NCBI GenBank assembly: GCA_977030845.1
Contig: OZ365110.1
Span: 42,904,001-42,968,000, forward strand
Reading direction: 5' to 3'
Source: Fimbriosthenelais zetlandica
Lineage: Eukaryota
Length of the DNA: 64,000 nt
Below the pieces are notes generated by a model, which had not been told where the DNA came from, made no database searches, and saw only the letters and a list, made by a program, of their open reading frames with translations. The stretch's first letter is position 1. Every line of letters starts with the position of its first letter. Shown here piece by piece: positions 1-14,090 of this stretch. The position numbers and the translations under genes were made by a program.

Positions 1-600
1 AAAGATTTTCTTCACGAGAAAGGCAAAGTCTAAAAGTTATTAACTTTTATGCTGAGACGTTTCCGTCATGCCCGAAAAGCATGAAATAAGTACAAACACT
101 ACAAAAGGTGAAGACAGTCGGGCGGGAGGCGGAGAAACAACAGAGCCGGATGTTTTAAGTAGCGAGACCATTAACTGGGAATAAAATGCCGGTTCATGCT
201 TGTCAACCTGACTCTGATGTGGATCTAAACCCTCTGTTCCCAATTTTATGGTCCAAAGAATTTGGTCCTTGTTTTAAACGCAGCCTTAAAGGGTCAATAC
301 TTCAGAGTCTGGTTATCCCCGATTGGTATTTGCTGAGTGAACAAAAAGGTGACTAATTATGATTTAAAGCACTCCTAGTTGGGGGCTTTTTACGGTACTT
401 TTAAACCAAGTCTCCAAACGTTAATAAACCCATACTTTCTGAATTTCGAGTCCCTTCATGAAAAATGAATGGTCAATTTTCGATATTTCAAAACTTCGAA
501 AATTGCTATGACTCTACCCAGTATTCTTTCGCCACAAACTCTTGAAGCGAAGTGTAGGCTAATAATTGATCGCCTGTGAAAGTTGAAGTTGAAAGGGCAT
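1..600. mobile_element. Possible abutting ends of two non-autonomous DNA-transposon-like elements sharing a TTAA (286-289), Kolobok-like
   Basis: GCAGCC-TTAA-AGGGTC at 280-295: both sides read TTAA followed by RR outward (TTAA GG.. on minus, TTAA AG.. on plus), the terminus/TSD pattern known for Kolobok elements. No matching opposite TIR or transposase seen, so this is only a pattern match. Confidence 0.2.
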
Positions 601-3600
601 CATTTATCTCACTTTTACTTCTGGTGAACTCACTTTTTGCCCTTCAACCCATATGCAAAAATGACCTTCATAGCTTTGTGTATAGGGATTAAAGCAGGTA
701 ATCATATTTAATCCTGAGCCTGAGAGATTCTGTCGATCCGTGCAAAAAACCAGTTACCAGGCGAGGAAAAATGTATGGCAATTGGGCCATTCATCATACA
801 TTGCTTTTGGGACGTCTGAAGTGCAGATAAAGTGTTCTTTGAAGACATGCCTATACATATGTAAAGGTATAAACACCATTTTTGCCTCTTTCATCATCCC
901 TTCAGTTGGTGGCTTGTTTTTCTCTCCCCCTCCACCTGTCTTAGCTCCCGCTCCATATCTGCTCATGAGTTGAGAATCAAGGGACAGGTTGATGGAGCTG
1001 CTCATAAGGCTGTAGGTATATGTATAGGCGGAACTGCTCACATTGGGCTGGCCACATGCCTGAGCATCCCTCAGCGACCCAGAGGCCTGGTCCCTCCCAC
1101 AGCCGGCCTAATACCGTTAGAAGCTAGTACCATTTCTATATAATAAGGTAATCAAATAGAAACGCAATGGTCGCCAGTAGAATGGAGTGTTGGCTCTACG
1201 AAATGACCGACTTTATCTTATCCGTCTTGATATCAGTGAATTGCATTGCCTACTCTGTGCCAATCCAATCTCCTCTGGCCATCTCTGCGATATTACACGA
1301 AATTGTCCTCTATTTCTAACACTTAATAAAGTTTGCTGCCTTGCATGTGCGACCAGTGCAAGGGGCCTGCAAGATAAAGAAGGCCCGGTCTGTCTGGGGC
1401 TGAATTTCTGAATTCATTGGCGGCCTCTGATAGGCTTCATACAAGTCTTTGACAAGCCATTGGGGCCGAGCGCGTGAAGTCGGTTACAGCAAATCTCCCC
1501 TGAATCTGTCCAATCTCTGTCCCCCAGATAAGCCGGGGAAGATCTGGGAGGGAGGAGTAAGTCGGTCGGTGCGGTCAGATAGGGGCAAGCTCTCAGCCAC
1601 TTCTCAGTTGTATTAACAGCACAAAGCCCCTTATTTGAGATGCAGATGAAACGCAGGAACGCAGCCCAAAGCCGGACCCCAATGTTGAGCCACACCGGCA
1701 GAAAGGCCCCCCTTGTATTTCTAAGATTGCATTTATCTGACATCAAAATTGCATGCAGGGCTGGGCCCCCTTGCTGGTTTATTCCACATCTTCAGACATT
1801 GACTGCGCCCATGATTGTTGCATAGCTTGAGCTTATTAGGCATGTCCCAGGACATGGCAGAGCCAAGGCACCCTTGTCATCGTGGGCTGGTGGAACCTGG
1901 AATAGGAGAGAATGCAAACACACCCCCTCCTATCCTTAATTTCAAAGACCATCTCTAGAGGGTAGTTTACACGATGAGCGCTCGCTAGCAGTCCGACATC
2001 TTATTCTACAGACAAACAAGTCTTTCTACCCATGTCAATATACATGTCTTAGACAGCCCAAGTAGGAGACGATTGGAAATGCAACATTTACCTTGCAAAT
2101 TTGCAGTTCTCTAGTTGGGCACCCCTTACTTATGCACACAAATGAATATGTATGGAATTAGTCGGAGAATATATGCATCGAGATTAGCAGTTGTGGTGAC
2201 CTTTGCACTGGAGTACTCATCAGTGGTTAGAATATAAGACTATAAATTGCATAACACAAGTATGAAGGAAGGAAGAGAGAGAGGCCTGGGGCCTGCTTCA
2301 GCGGAAAAAATATCCCATAGATTTAGCATTGCTAATGGTTGTTCTGAAACAGGCCGGGAGGTATATGTATACTGTTATTTTTTCCACTGAAATCTGCAGT
2401 GTTGCTATTTTATAAGATTGGTTATGCATGACACTGAAGAACAGGACCCCATTTCAAAAAGAATATTAGCCATAGACTTGGCATTTCTAATATTCCTTTT
2501 GAAACATATCAACGAAATTCCTGTCGGTGGGAATATGGGACAGGCTGGTGTTGGCGGGACGTTTGGGTGACAGTGCGTGGGATGGGGTATGTGTGAGTGG
2601 GTGGGAGCATGGGTGGTAAGGTGTAAGGATGGGTGGGCTGGGGGACATAGAGATAGCCAGTACTTTCAACATAGCATTTGCCTAATAAGTGCGATAACAG
2701 ACACCTTCTAAGATATGCAACTGTTTTGCCAATTCTAACACTGAGCCCAATGTATACATAATGCTATCATTCCGTGACCAGGGCGAAGCATTATCATTCA
2801 AGCCAATCAAATATGGAATGGCCAAGCATGACAATGGAGTCTGGCTCATTTATTTCATCACTATCTCTTGCTGCCCTTGTAGAATGGGTGCAGCAGGGTG
2901 TCTGCCCCGGTCTATATCCACCAATCATGGCCGCCCTATAGCCACTAACCCAGCCCGGTCTCGGACCAGTTTTTTTTTTACATTTCTGGACTATACACTG
3001 TATTTCTCGCAATTCAGTTGTCCCCGAGGGAAAGCTGGTACTGTTGGTTACAGCGATACAGCGCAGAGAGGCATGCTTTTATATATGCCACCTGGGAAAA
3101 ATACAGACATAGACAAGCGTACTTAAATGACACAATGTGTCGTCCTCTATGGAGATAGCCTTTGGAGAGTGATGTGAAGGGACATAACAACTGAAAGCTT
3201 GGTTCAGATAGTAGGAGTCAATCTAAGAGAATGGCCCTGGTAGTCTATACTCACTTGAAGCGAGATATTCATGAAGTTAAGGGAGAAGACTGGCTGGATG
3301 GGGACAGTCTTGTTATATGCTGCACTTTTTATTTGAGAAAATTCTGTCGTTGAAACCACAGAAACGCCTTGGTCTTGGTAGCCCATTGTATTAGAGCCAG
3401 CCTTTATAATAATTCAAGAATATGCATACAGTTAGACATCCAATCAATTCGTTGCAAATGTTGTCGCTTTAGGGAAGTGCTCGTTTGTGGAGACTCAACT
3501 GTATACATAGGGTTAGCTCGTATTGAATGCAAGTCCCTGACAACTGCGTGTTCTGAGTATTACTTTATTTATTTCATTTTTTACTGATAAGTGCCTATTT

Positions 3601-4060
3601 ATATTATTGATTTCGGTGTGACTGTTGCTTTTAGAGCTGGCCATTCAACGCATGCGTACTTTTTCCCTTGTAGGGGAGATTAAATCTGAAAACTGCTATG
3701 CATAACTTTTCTCAAATTCATTTGAAAATTATGAAAAAATAGCCATTAGTTATGCCAGTGTCCTCCATGGACCGAGCACTGCTAACTGGGATATCAAAGG
3801 CCAACCATAGGCCTGTGGTAAGAGACATGTAAAACAACTTCCTGTTATTCGACAAAACATGACGTTGTGAGCCGACAGCGAGTTTCCGTCCTGTCTCGTA
3901 CTGACATATATGAAAATTTCTGATCGGATCTGCTGCGATTTGCTTGCGATACCACTGTGACAAAAGTGATGTTTGTACTCATGAATGTGAAAAATGTACC
4001 AGCTGTTGAGTATGGCTTATGGCCTTAGTAACGTCAACCACAATTGTTTTGTGACGCAAT

Positions 4061-4160
4061 CATCACCTTTGTGACACCACCATCACCTTTGTGACACACA
4101 CATCACCTTTGTGACACAAGCATCACATTTGTGACACAAGCATCACCTGTGTGACACAAG
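4061..4160 (+). repeat. 20-bp minisatellite, 5 copies (consensus CATCACCTTTGTGACACAAG), degenerate flanks to ~4040 and ~4190
   Basis: Units start at 4061, 4081, 4101, 4121 and 4141, with up to about 3 differences from the consensus. Confidence 0.95.
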
Positions 4161-7100
4161 CATGTGTGACATACGCATCAACTTTGTCGTAGTATAAAGT
4201 GTTTCTTTTTGAACATTTGGTTTGAAACATGCCCCTGGTTTGCTACACACTATAATATATCAGCATTCATGAGGCTGAGTGGTAGAATATGTAGCATGCC
4301 ACCTTCCTCCCACTGAGACTTCTCAAACTCTGCCAGCAAGTGGTCGACCAACCGACCAATGACTTCCAGTGGAAAACTTCCTTTATTCAATGATTCTTCT
4401 GCGTCTTAGATGATTTCCCAAGATGGGCCCATACACCTCAATCGTGTCTCTCTAACCACAATCCACGTCCTCTAATCTTCTGAACAGGGTTTGAGGCCAA
4501 AATTCGCCCCGCTTTGATAGCACTACTGGGAGGTAGTGCTGGACCATGAGGGACACCTAGCGGAGTCCTGCTGGCCTCTAAATCTCGTATGCAAGGCGGA
4601 GTAATGCTACCTCTAGGCCAGACCTTTTCACCTGGTCTTGACATGAAGGGGGCATCACCGGAGGGGGGGTGGGTGGGTGTAGGGGTGGGGGGGGGGGGAC
4701 ATCCTTCAGGGGGCTGATCCCCAGGGGAATCACCAAACCATGCAGCCTCCTGGAAGCCCCCCTTTCCTCTAAAACACCATCAAGGGGATTAACTGCTCTG
4801 TTTGTTGTGTTTTCCAGAATTTGATTCTGACATTTCAACGCATACTAATGGCCTCTTCAGATATGCTCTGGCTCGGCCGCAGGAAGCGGGGTGGTCTGCA
4901 GCCCCATATGTGGGCGAGTCTGATAGAAACTTGCTGACTTTCAATCGAAATGACTCCAAACCCCTTAGGATGGCGATTGTGCACATTTGGCTTGGTAGCT
5001 GGCACGTCTGCCTTGTCTTGATTAGTCCCTCTGATGAAGGCCGCCACTCAAACCATTCTGCCCAGTGTTGCTCTATGCTTTGCTGGTTCACTTGCTCTAT
5101 AGGCCGGTCATGACGCGAATGCAAAGCACCTTATTCCACAGCTCTTGCCAAGTTGTCTGCTATTGTGGTGCCGCATTTATGACACAACGGAGGAGCAAGA
5201 ACCCGTTTGAAGCGGGCCACAGTTGGGGTTGCAGCCTTGCTTGGCATATTTGATGGTGTCGGGGGAAGTGTCCTAGAAGCGTATTGCGTGTCGCTAAGAC
5301 TTCATCTCACAATAGCCATCCCTTTTTATTCTCCTCTGACACGCCTTATACGGCCCCTATTAAGCTTATTTTAAGGGCAGTACTAAATCTGAGGACGCTG
5401 CCTGCTTACAAGCACAAGTAGATTGGCTCGCGCTGTACCTCACCACGCTAACAGCCCAGTTTGCCCTTCATATTTGTTTCAACAGAATGAATCCCAAGAC
5501 ACTGCAGGCCGAGGTTTCCATCAAATTGTGCAAATGTACTGTACATCTCGGATGATCCCAACTAATTTCCGTTTCTTCTGTGCTTCGGCTTGAAGGTTTG
5601 TGTTGAGCCATCATTGAGTCCATTGTCAGAAATTGGTGTATCATCTCTAGAAACAACGGTAGCGTGACTGGTCTTTGACCAGAGAAAATAATCCAAACAA
5701 AAGACCTTTATTATGAGTTAATTGTCAAAGGTTTTACATAGAAATAGGTGGTCAATGAATGTATGTGTATCTCAGCCATTAGAACTCTGGTTCTTTGGCC
5801 AAAAAGACATAAGTGCAATGATAAAAGTTCATGCAGTAGTTAGCATTACATGCCTATGGCCGCGAAGAGATATTAAGGGGAGAGAATGGTCCTCTACCTA
5901 CTTGAATAGATAGACCATTTACCAGCTCTTATCATCTATCACTTGTGGCAATGATATATGGGTAAATCATTGAGGGACCGCCATCATTTACCAAGCATTT
6001 GATTCATCTGGACATGAGTCAATTAAATATGAGAAATCCTCTCATTTGAGACTTTTTCTCCGTCCCACAAGATCAAGCACTGCCTGCAAGGGAGACTATA
6101 ATAAAGGCTACATTCCTATGATGACTTTTTCATATCAAATTTGTTTCATAATTCTAATGCAGAAAGTCTTAGGTGGGTAGTAGTAGGCGGCGTCGGATGG
6201 CTTTTGGCCTTCGTTTAACGGATGCCCCGACTGGAAATAGAAAGACTAATGTTACCCACTAAAAGCGATGGAAGGCACATTTTGCTAGTTTATGATGAAA
6301 GCATGTATTAATATCAGTTCATGAAAGAATTAAGAGAATGTATTGGATGAGTAGATCATGAGGCCGAACCAATTCATGAAGAAACATGAGAGTCGCGAAA
6401 ACAAAGCGCAGCTTTTTTCTCATCACCCGCAATGATAAGCACATCCCCATTGGGAATGTGATTTATGAATCTATTCCTAGATAAGGAAGGAATTCGCAAA
6501 GGGAACCTTTGACAAATTGGCAAGGCGGGAAGCATTTTTTCAGATAGGAAACAATGGTGGTGGAGAGGAGGTGAGGAGGAAGTGGGAGGGCGGGGAGGAA
6601 GGAAGCAAGTTATGCCATGGTTAAATCCCAAACCTATCAGCCGGCATCTGATAACGAGCTGATTAGAAAAATGGATGTGAAGCGTTAGAGTGGCTGACAT
6701 AATCTCTGCAGTAGGTGGCTGCGACTAATAGACAATGCAACCATTTGATTACATCTTTTCCCACTTGATCAGCTATTCACCCTGCCATGGGAGTAGGGCC
6801 AAAGCCCTGTGCAGGGCCTCGGAGGCAGCAGATAACATTGAACTATCACTTCTAACGGTTCTACCCCGCAACTGCTGCCACCATGATAAATTATCACACT
6901 CTGTTAAGCCTTTTTTTGTCAGTGCCCAGTTCATTCTGCCGGATACGACTGCCTTTTTCTCTGGCAATTTCATGCTTGTCATATTTGCCTGGAGTTTGCT
7001 AGGTCTAGGTCAAATATTACTTTGTTTAAAGCCTGTATGGCTAAATTAGACGCTGACGCCTGATCGACTCTACATGACATCCTCAAATGTTCATTCCTTC

Positions 7101-9601
7101 ACTGCTTCTAATTTGACGATTGAATGGTCGCAGGATTGAGACCAAGACGGATTAATTACCGCCATATTTCATGCTGCCTTTCTTTTCCCCCTCATTCATG
7201 CGCCATGGAAGTCAGAGACTGGAGCGATAGAAGCCAGAAAAGGGGAGCATTTGAGAGCTATACTGATCCAAGCAGCGAGGATTTAGCCCATTTGGGCTCA
7301 GTTACATTCAGCGTTTTGTGTGGCGGAAGGTTTTGCCGGGCAGGTGGGGGGAGGGGGCAGAGGTAGCCAGAACCTCTTGAGACCATCAGGTTTTGTGCAA
7401 GACTCCATCTTGCAAACGGCCAAAGGCCTGCAGGCCTGCAAGCCTGGCTGGCCAAACGATGACAAATCTGACTCCGGAGAGCGCCCCAATTGCTGGATCA
7501 AAGCCTTGGCCTGGCCAGATGCATTTGGCCATGCTCGCCACACTTGCCAGCCAAACATTCATATGTCATGAAACCATAATAGTCCAATATATCACCATTT
7601 CATTCGCGTTCGCTTTCTGTTCTATTTCCCTGGCAAATCGACCCGAGAAAAACATTTGATTTTTTCCTCTCCGCCATCATGGCAGACCTCAGAAGAAGGC
7701 GATGGCAGAGATGGTTGGCTTGGACAGTTCACATACAACATCAAAACCATATAGGACGGTTAGATCTGAAATAGAGAAATTCCCTCCCCTCCCATGTGGA
7801 GTAATTTCGAGGAGATTTTCTTTAGCGGGGCCAGTGGAAAGGAGAACACATATCAGTAAGCTCGAGCTCACATTCCCTTGGCCCATCCACTCAAGCCTAA
7901 TGACCAGGACGGATCTCTGTCCCCAGCCACAAGTCCTCCAGCATTACGGATCGATTTTGATCCCAATCCAGCGATAGGATCTTGCTCAGATTGTGGATCA
8001 GGGGATAAGCAGTGTTCAATAAACCAGGAGGCTGGGCAATCAGCCTCGCCTGCAACTGATACAGAGATCAAACGGCCTGGGAAAATAGGCATTCCTCTCC
8101 CATTCCCGCCAGCACCACAAAAACACAGTATGTAACGTTGGCCAGAACATCAAGGATCATCCTTCTGACGTCATCTTCTGGATATGACTATATTGAATAG
8201 AGGCCCTCCAGTGGCCTTTCCCCCTCCAGGGCAGAGCGCCTCTCTTGTTCCCTTCCTGAACCTTTTAACTTTTGTATTGGGGTGTTCCCTCCTCCTGACA
8301 AAAACTCCCGGCCTGCCTCCTGGCTTTTCTCCCCCGTTTCATTAAAACTAGGCATGTTGATCGTCTAGGAGAGACACTATGACAGTAACTCAAATGGTCT
8401 TTAGGCAGTACGATTTCCAATCTTGTATATGTATATATATATGAAACATTGCAAAACTTAATTCTTAGCACCGGAGTGCAAAATCGCAGCCGATAAACGA
8501 ATATGAATTTCCCCCGGAGTCTTTAATCCTAATGCCTTGAGATAAGAAAATGGCAATAAAGTCCAAGGGAAAATTACTATTTATTAAAAGAAACAGGTCT
8601 TCGCTGTTTGCTAAAAAAAAAAAAAAGGCTTTGGTGTAAAACATAGTTCCTAAGATGACTTAGATCCTCTGGCAACTTTATTAATTTCCATAAGTTTTCA
8701 TTAGACAGCGGTGCGCTGACACTGTTGCATCTCAGCTAGTCCTTCATTGAGGGAAGAAACACAGTTTTTCCATCACAATAAACCTGCCTCTGTCAACCGT
8801 ATCGCTCCTCACCAGGGAACCAAGACCCTTCAGTTCTCCCAAAGTGCCAAGTAACGCTGACAAATTGAGAAATTGAAGGCTCCACAATCGTTTCTTGAGT
8901 ACTCGTTGAGTCTGAGCGATGCAATATGAAAACACAACATTGCCGCAGCAGAAGAAACGTAATAAGATTGTAAGAGAAAGTGAGAGAAAATGATTACTCA
9001 ATCCGTATCATTATGAATATGAGTCACAGTGGTTGAACATTTTCAGGCTCTGATATTGGCCTGGAAATGGGCATTCATTCCTGTTAACAGAAGCTCTATT
9101 GCCCACCATTCTTATCTCAACCCATCTGCAAACACAGGCGGCAGTGTTAATTTATAAAACCCATAAAGCATGGCAAGGTAATTGGGGGATTTTAATGAGC
9201 AAATGGGGCGTGTAGTCAATGTGAATGGCAAAGGATAGCGTCCACGCACCGTTAAAATTGAATGAAGTTCCATTTTCAGAAACCCAGACATTACCTATAT
9301 TTTACCCTGAAGTGGTCTGCAACTCGAGTTCATTTGTTTGAGTGAACTGCCTTACTCTTTTTGCCATCGTTGATATGATTTGTTTCCTCCTCTAAATGTT
9401 GCATGTTTTGAGGCCAAGTTACAATTGTCATTAGGCCTGAAACATCCGCTCCCGCCAAGCAGTTAATTTGAGTTCTCCTTTGACACATTTAGCTTTTAAT
9501 GGACAACTATAATATTCCGTTGAATTTTGTTTAAAACCTATAGAGGCATAATAATGTTATATGTTTTTTTTAGATTTCCGTCATATATAATTATGTATAC
9601 G

Positions 9602-9805
9602 TTTCTGTAGATGATTCAAACAGATTCATTGTCCTAATTATTGGCTTTTTCAAGTAAAGATTTTGTAGGATTTTGTTGAATTTGTGTTAAAGCTTACTGA
9701 AACATATTAAGATTGCTCAAATATCCATCATATGCATTTCTGCAGATGATTCTAACATATTTCTGTTCTAATTAGGAACCATTTCAAGTGAGGATTTTGT
9801 AGGAT
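9602..9805 (+). repeat. Diverged direct duplication, ~70-bp segments 135 bp apart
   Basis: TTTCTGTAGATGATTC...GATTTTGTAGGAT (9602-9671) versus TTTCTGCAGATGATTC...GATTTTGTAGGAT (9737-9805). Confidence 0.65.
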
Positions 9806-10113
9806 GAAACATATTGTGGAATTAAACAGGACTGTAATGGACACACATAAAGACCCCACTGTCACCATTACTTCTCGTTAAAATGGTTCATAGTCCCCAA
9901 AGAACCAGTTAGCAAGAGAGGCAGAAGATAAAAATATGTTATTTCAGGATAGAGAAATGGATCAAAATGCATAGATCTACACTGAGCTCGTCCTCCTAAC
10001 AGCCTGCATTTAATTGGTAAAGCTTGATTAATATTGATATAGTTGGTCTAGTTCCAACATTTTCCTGAATCCCTAATTGCAGAATCCCACAGACATTATC
10101 TGCTTATTTTAGG

Positions 10114-10320
10114 GTAACAATCAGATCTTGAAATATTTTGATAATTTTGGTGTAACAATCGTACTTTTAAGGTAACGATCGTTACACTATGTTCATGGTT
10201 TTAGTGTGTTATGCAATCCGTCCTTTAGGGTAACAATCGTTATAAACTTTAGATAATAACCTTAGCATATAATCTTACTATACGGTAACAATCGAATCGA
10301 TATGAATTGTGTAACAATCG
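10114..10320. repeat. Cluster of six GTAACAATCG-like decamers, including the perfect 14-bp palindrome GTAACGATCGTTAC
   Basis: Motif starts at 10114, 10152, 10172, 10230, 10285 and 10311; palindrome at 10172-10185. Confidence 0.8.
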
Positions 10321-13300
10321 TACATTTATGGATAACTTTAACAAATGCGCAGAAGCCTTTCAGTCAGATGGCTTGATGAATTCCAGCATAATTATATTCA
10401 TCAAATGCCTGATATAAACAGCATGACAGTTAATACATTCATAAATTGGAGGCTTCAGACTGGACAAAAAAGATTGTCCTGTTCTATATTCTACCCCGCC
10501 AATTTCACAACATCAATCGTTGGCCGGGGAGGGAATGCAGATATCCAATGTGACGTTTGACTGTGGCCAAAAGACGAGGATGCTGATCGATGTCTTTGAT
10601 GGATTAGATTATAATCCTTCACAGTATCCTAACCCATCAGATCGCGTCCCTTTCTCGGCTGTGAAGACTATTGGTTTGAAGGCAGCAAAATGGCCCGCTG
10701 ATAAACATATTCTTCACTGAGGTCAGGGCCAGCCAGCCATCATTGACTCCAGCCCCCATTCCACAGCATGAACTTGTCTTCCTTGACCTGCCAAGCATGT
10801 TTGAACATGTGATAGAGCAGATAGCCCATGGCATGCATGTGTGTGTCCAGACTTGTCCAAATACGGCCAGAAATGATGAGCACGCCCTGCTTGTCACTCC
10901 TGACCAGTCCATCTTCCTCTGGTCGGCCCAAAAGCCCCCCGACCGGTTAGACCCATCCAATTGCTGCCCAATCAGGCGATATCGACTTTGTCAGAAATTG
11001 CATCAAACGTCCATGAATTATCTTCTGATCAAATGACTTGGGTAATGCTTTCAGGGCTAACAATGTGTACTTGAGTCCTATTTTCTGTAGCCAAGACCGA
11101 TTCCCAGGCTATCAGTATTGTCAAGTCTTGGCCTTTTGACATCGCTTGTGTTTGGGACCAGATATTCTATGCTCCAGTTAATATTAGACCTGGCATGTGA
11201 GAAAGCTGCAAAAGAGGTACTTAAAAGTTGTAGGGAACAATTGCATTAATTCCTGAATGGTTTGTGTTCCTTTGAATTGATATTTCCATCAGCAAATCCT
11301 CACTAGGAAATCTTGCGTTGACTGTGTTCTTGGCAAGTTCGCTCATATAATATGGACAATCCTTTATACCCGTAAAATGAAATGAATTTCAGAAATAATT
11401 TTAGAAATATTTTGATCCAACTAATAGGCCTAATTCATTTTATTTTCTCTTATTTGGTGAATTTCCTTGCAGGTAATAATAGTCATACTTCTGCAGGTAA
11501 TGTATTATACACTACATACTATTCTGCTCTGACATATTATTGTCTTCGTGACTAAAGCATAGTCATTGGTTATCTCACGCTGCCACGAAATAACAGCCGC
11601 ATGAATTATAGGTCCATTGGGTATAATCTCAAAAAGCTGATGTGGTCATAATGGGTTATATTAGAGAACACAAAGCAATGGGGGAGAGAGAATGTGATCG
11701 CTAATTCAAACGTGTAAGAATGGGAGAGTGATGCAATCCATTTCAACTTGTCAGTTTATATAACAAAGTCTCCACCCCATTCTTTGATCCGAATGACCGT
11801 GTCAGGACCAAAGGGAGAACCTTGCCATCAGAGAGGCCCAAAGTTTCGATCACTCGCCGACATCTCCTCAATAATATTTTCATGACAGAAATACGACCTG
11901 AAGAGAAAATTCCCCAATGACAATATTATACTCCCTTGTGAAATCGCGACAAAGGAAGAGGGGGTTGTAGTTATATTCAGCTCGGGTGTCTCTATGCTTT
12001 TATGATGGAATATAAAAATACACACCCCCCCCACTCTTACACCCAACACACACACCCTCCATCGGTCTTTGAACAGATACACATCGGCCTGGATTTGCTG
12101 GCACTGTTGGCATCCAAAGGGTTTGATGCAGAGGCAAAATCAGTGCTAAATGTATTTAGTTCAGCGAGGAAGAGTCTATTGGGTTTTGGAAACACTGGGA
12201 TCAGAGCCTGTCAAAAGTGGACTCATTAGTTGAGGAATCCAATAGAGCGGAGGGGGGGCTGGTCAATAGTGCAGACTTGTATTGGCAGATTGGGGTCCGC
12301 ACCCGGTTTAAAACTCGCATCACCTATCGACCGAGAGAGGACCAACTCTCCAGGGATTGACCGCCAACCAGAATCATACCCCCCCCCCTAAAGCCCCCCT
12401 CCCCCTTCCCCCCTTCCCCAGCTCCCACTCTGCATGCTTGGTCTTCTAATTCCAATTCCAACCTTTCATATTGTCCCCACCCCACTCTGAAGGGTGTGAA
12501 CTCACATGTCATGTTTGTTGCCTTACCTTATTCCCACAGTCCTCTCACTGTTTCCCAACTATTGTACATTACTAATATGATAGGGAATCTGGTTGGGAGT
12601 TTGGGCAGTTTCTTTTGTGAGAATGCCTCTGTGAGAAATAGGTATACTATGTATACTGCTGATTAATATCCCAATATAACAGAAGAATTTCTTTGAAAAA
12701 CACAGAAATGACATACAATTTCTCATTTGGAATTTATTGTGCAGATGTATTTTTAAAACTTGTGGAAATATTGCTATGCTGTTTTAGACCAGTAAATATA
12801 TAAATTCTCACTATAAAAATGCATGACTTTCAAGTTATCTTCACCTGCACCGTAGATCAAAGACTTTAAGGAAAAATCTTGCAAGATGATATCATTGCTT
12901 TTAGAAATATATCTACTTTTGTGCTGGAAACCTGGCAATAATTGAACCAATCTGAGTACTTGTGGAGGTGCAACCTGCAATATTCAATTTTGAGCTTTAA
13001 GTTTAAAAGTGCTGAGACATGAGTAAAACATCTGCATAATTATGGAAAGTTTACCATTTGACCTGCTTCACTAAATACAGTCAAATGGAAGTTATCTCCC
13101 AAATCAACGACTCGGTCATTGCCTGATTATAACTTTCCCTACCCACCCATGCATGCTTTCAGAACATAGTCACTGCATGGGACGTGTAACCTCTAAATGG
13201 CTGAGACTCCCCTTAATTCTGTAGAACCAGGTCTTACTGTATATGCTGAACCCTAAACGGATCAGAGGACATTTTGAGACTTGCTGGTTCTACCAGCTCA

Positions 13301-14090
13301 TCCTTGGTTAGAATATTCCACCCCCAGAAGATGTGTCAGCACAAGGGCCGCAGCTCCACAAATCAGGGTCATGAGCAGTTCGACCCCAGACGGCGTACAA
13401 TGCTTTCCACCCAGTATGATCTATGCACAGAGGCGGTAGGAGCGGAAGTAGACTATCTCAGCGACATATGTAGGCCTTAGTCGGCACTAACAACCACCCT
13501 CACTTTGCTTCTTGGTGGGAGAAATTGATGGAGCTGAGAAATAAGCGATTCAGAGGACACTTGGAGACTGTTTGCTCAAACACACCACCCGGTGCTCAAG
13601 TCGAGATGAAGCAATATGCTGGGATATTCGCTTTCCACGAGCGTACCCCATTTAATGTAGATGTGAAGTTAAGTCTGCCATTGTTTCTAGTGTTTTCTCA
13701 TAGGGGCCCGGCAGAAGTGGGCCCAAGTGTTTCTTTATGTCCCATGAAGGAGGTGGAATATTGGAGAAGTGAACAGGCAAGGTGGTGGTCAGTTGGGGGA
13801 AAGCCTAGCTGCTCTGGCCTGGTCAATATCGGAGAGTCGCCGACAGGCAAATGCACTTAGACAGCAGTGATAACGCTACAATAGCTACCTAGGAAGCACC
13901 CATGTCTGTCTTAAAGCCCGGAACACACTGAGCAAATAAACACTGGCTTTTTCTCAGGTTTGATGTTCATCTTGCTGTTCGTTTCATTGCCGCTAACTGT
14001 TTGGTTGTCACCTGTACAAATGGTGATTTGTTTTTGATAGAATAAATGGTTACTCTAAAGCATCAAAGTCTGTCGGCCTAGCAATCACCC

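Noticed and set aside
4519-4560. Hairpin AGCACTAC-TGGGAG-GTAGTGCT followed by CTAG as a Helitron 3' end
   Set aside because: CTAG is 16 nt away and followed by C rather than T, and no 5' TC end or Rep/Hel remnants were identified.
4438-4644. GVPHGPALPP as the RT motif GVPQGSxLxP
   Set aside because: No flanking RT motifs; likely chance.
10743-11036. VFLDLPSMFEHV as a LINE reverse-transcriptase motif (FLDLSKAFD)
   Set aside because: No downstream GVPQG or YADD motif was found in any frame I checked.
11473-11496. 24-nt micro-exon between CTTGCAG| and CAG|GTAATG
   Set aside because: There are no partner exons, and such site pairs arise by chance in AT-rich DNA.
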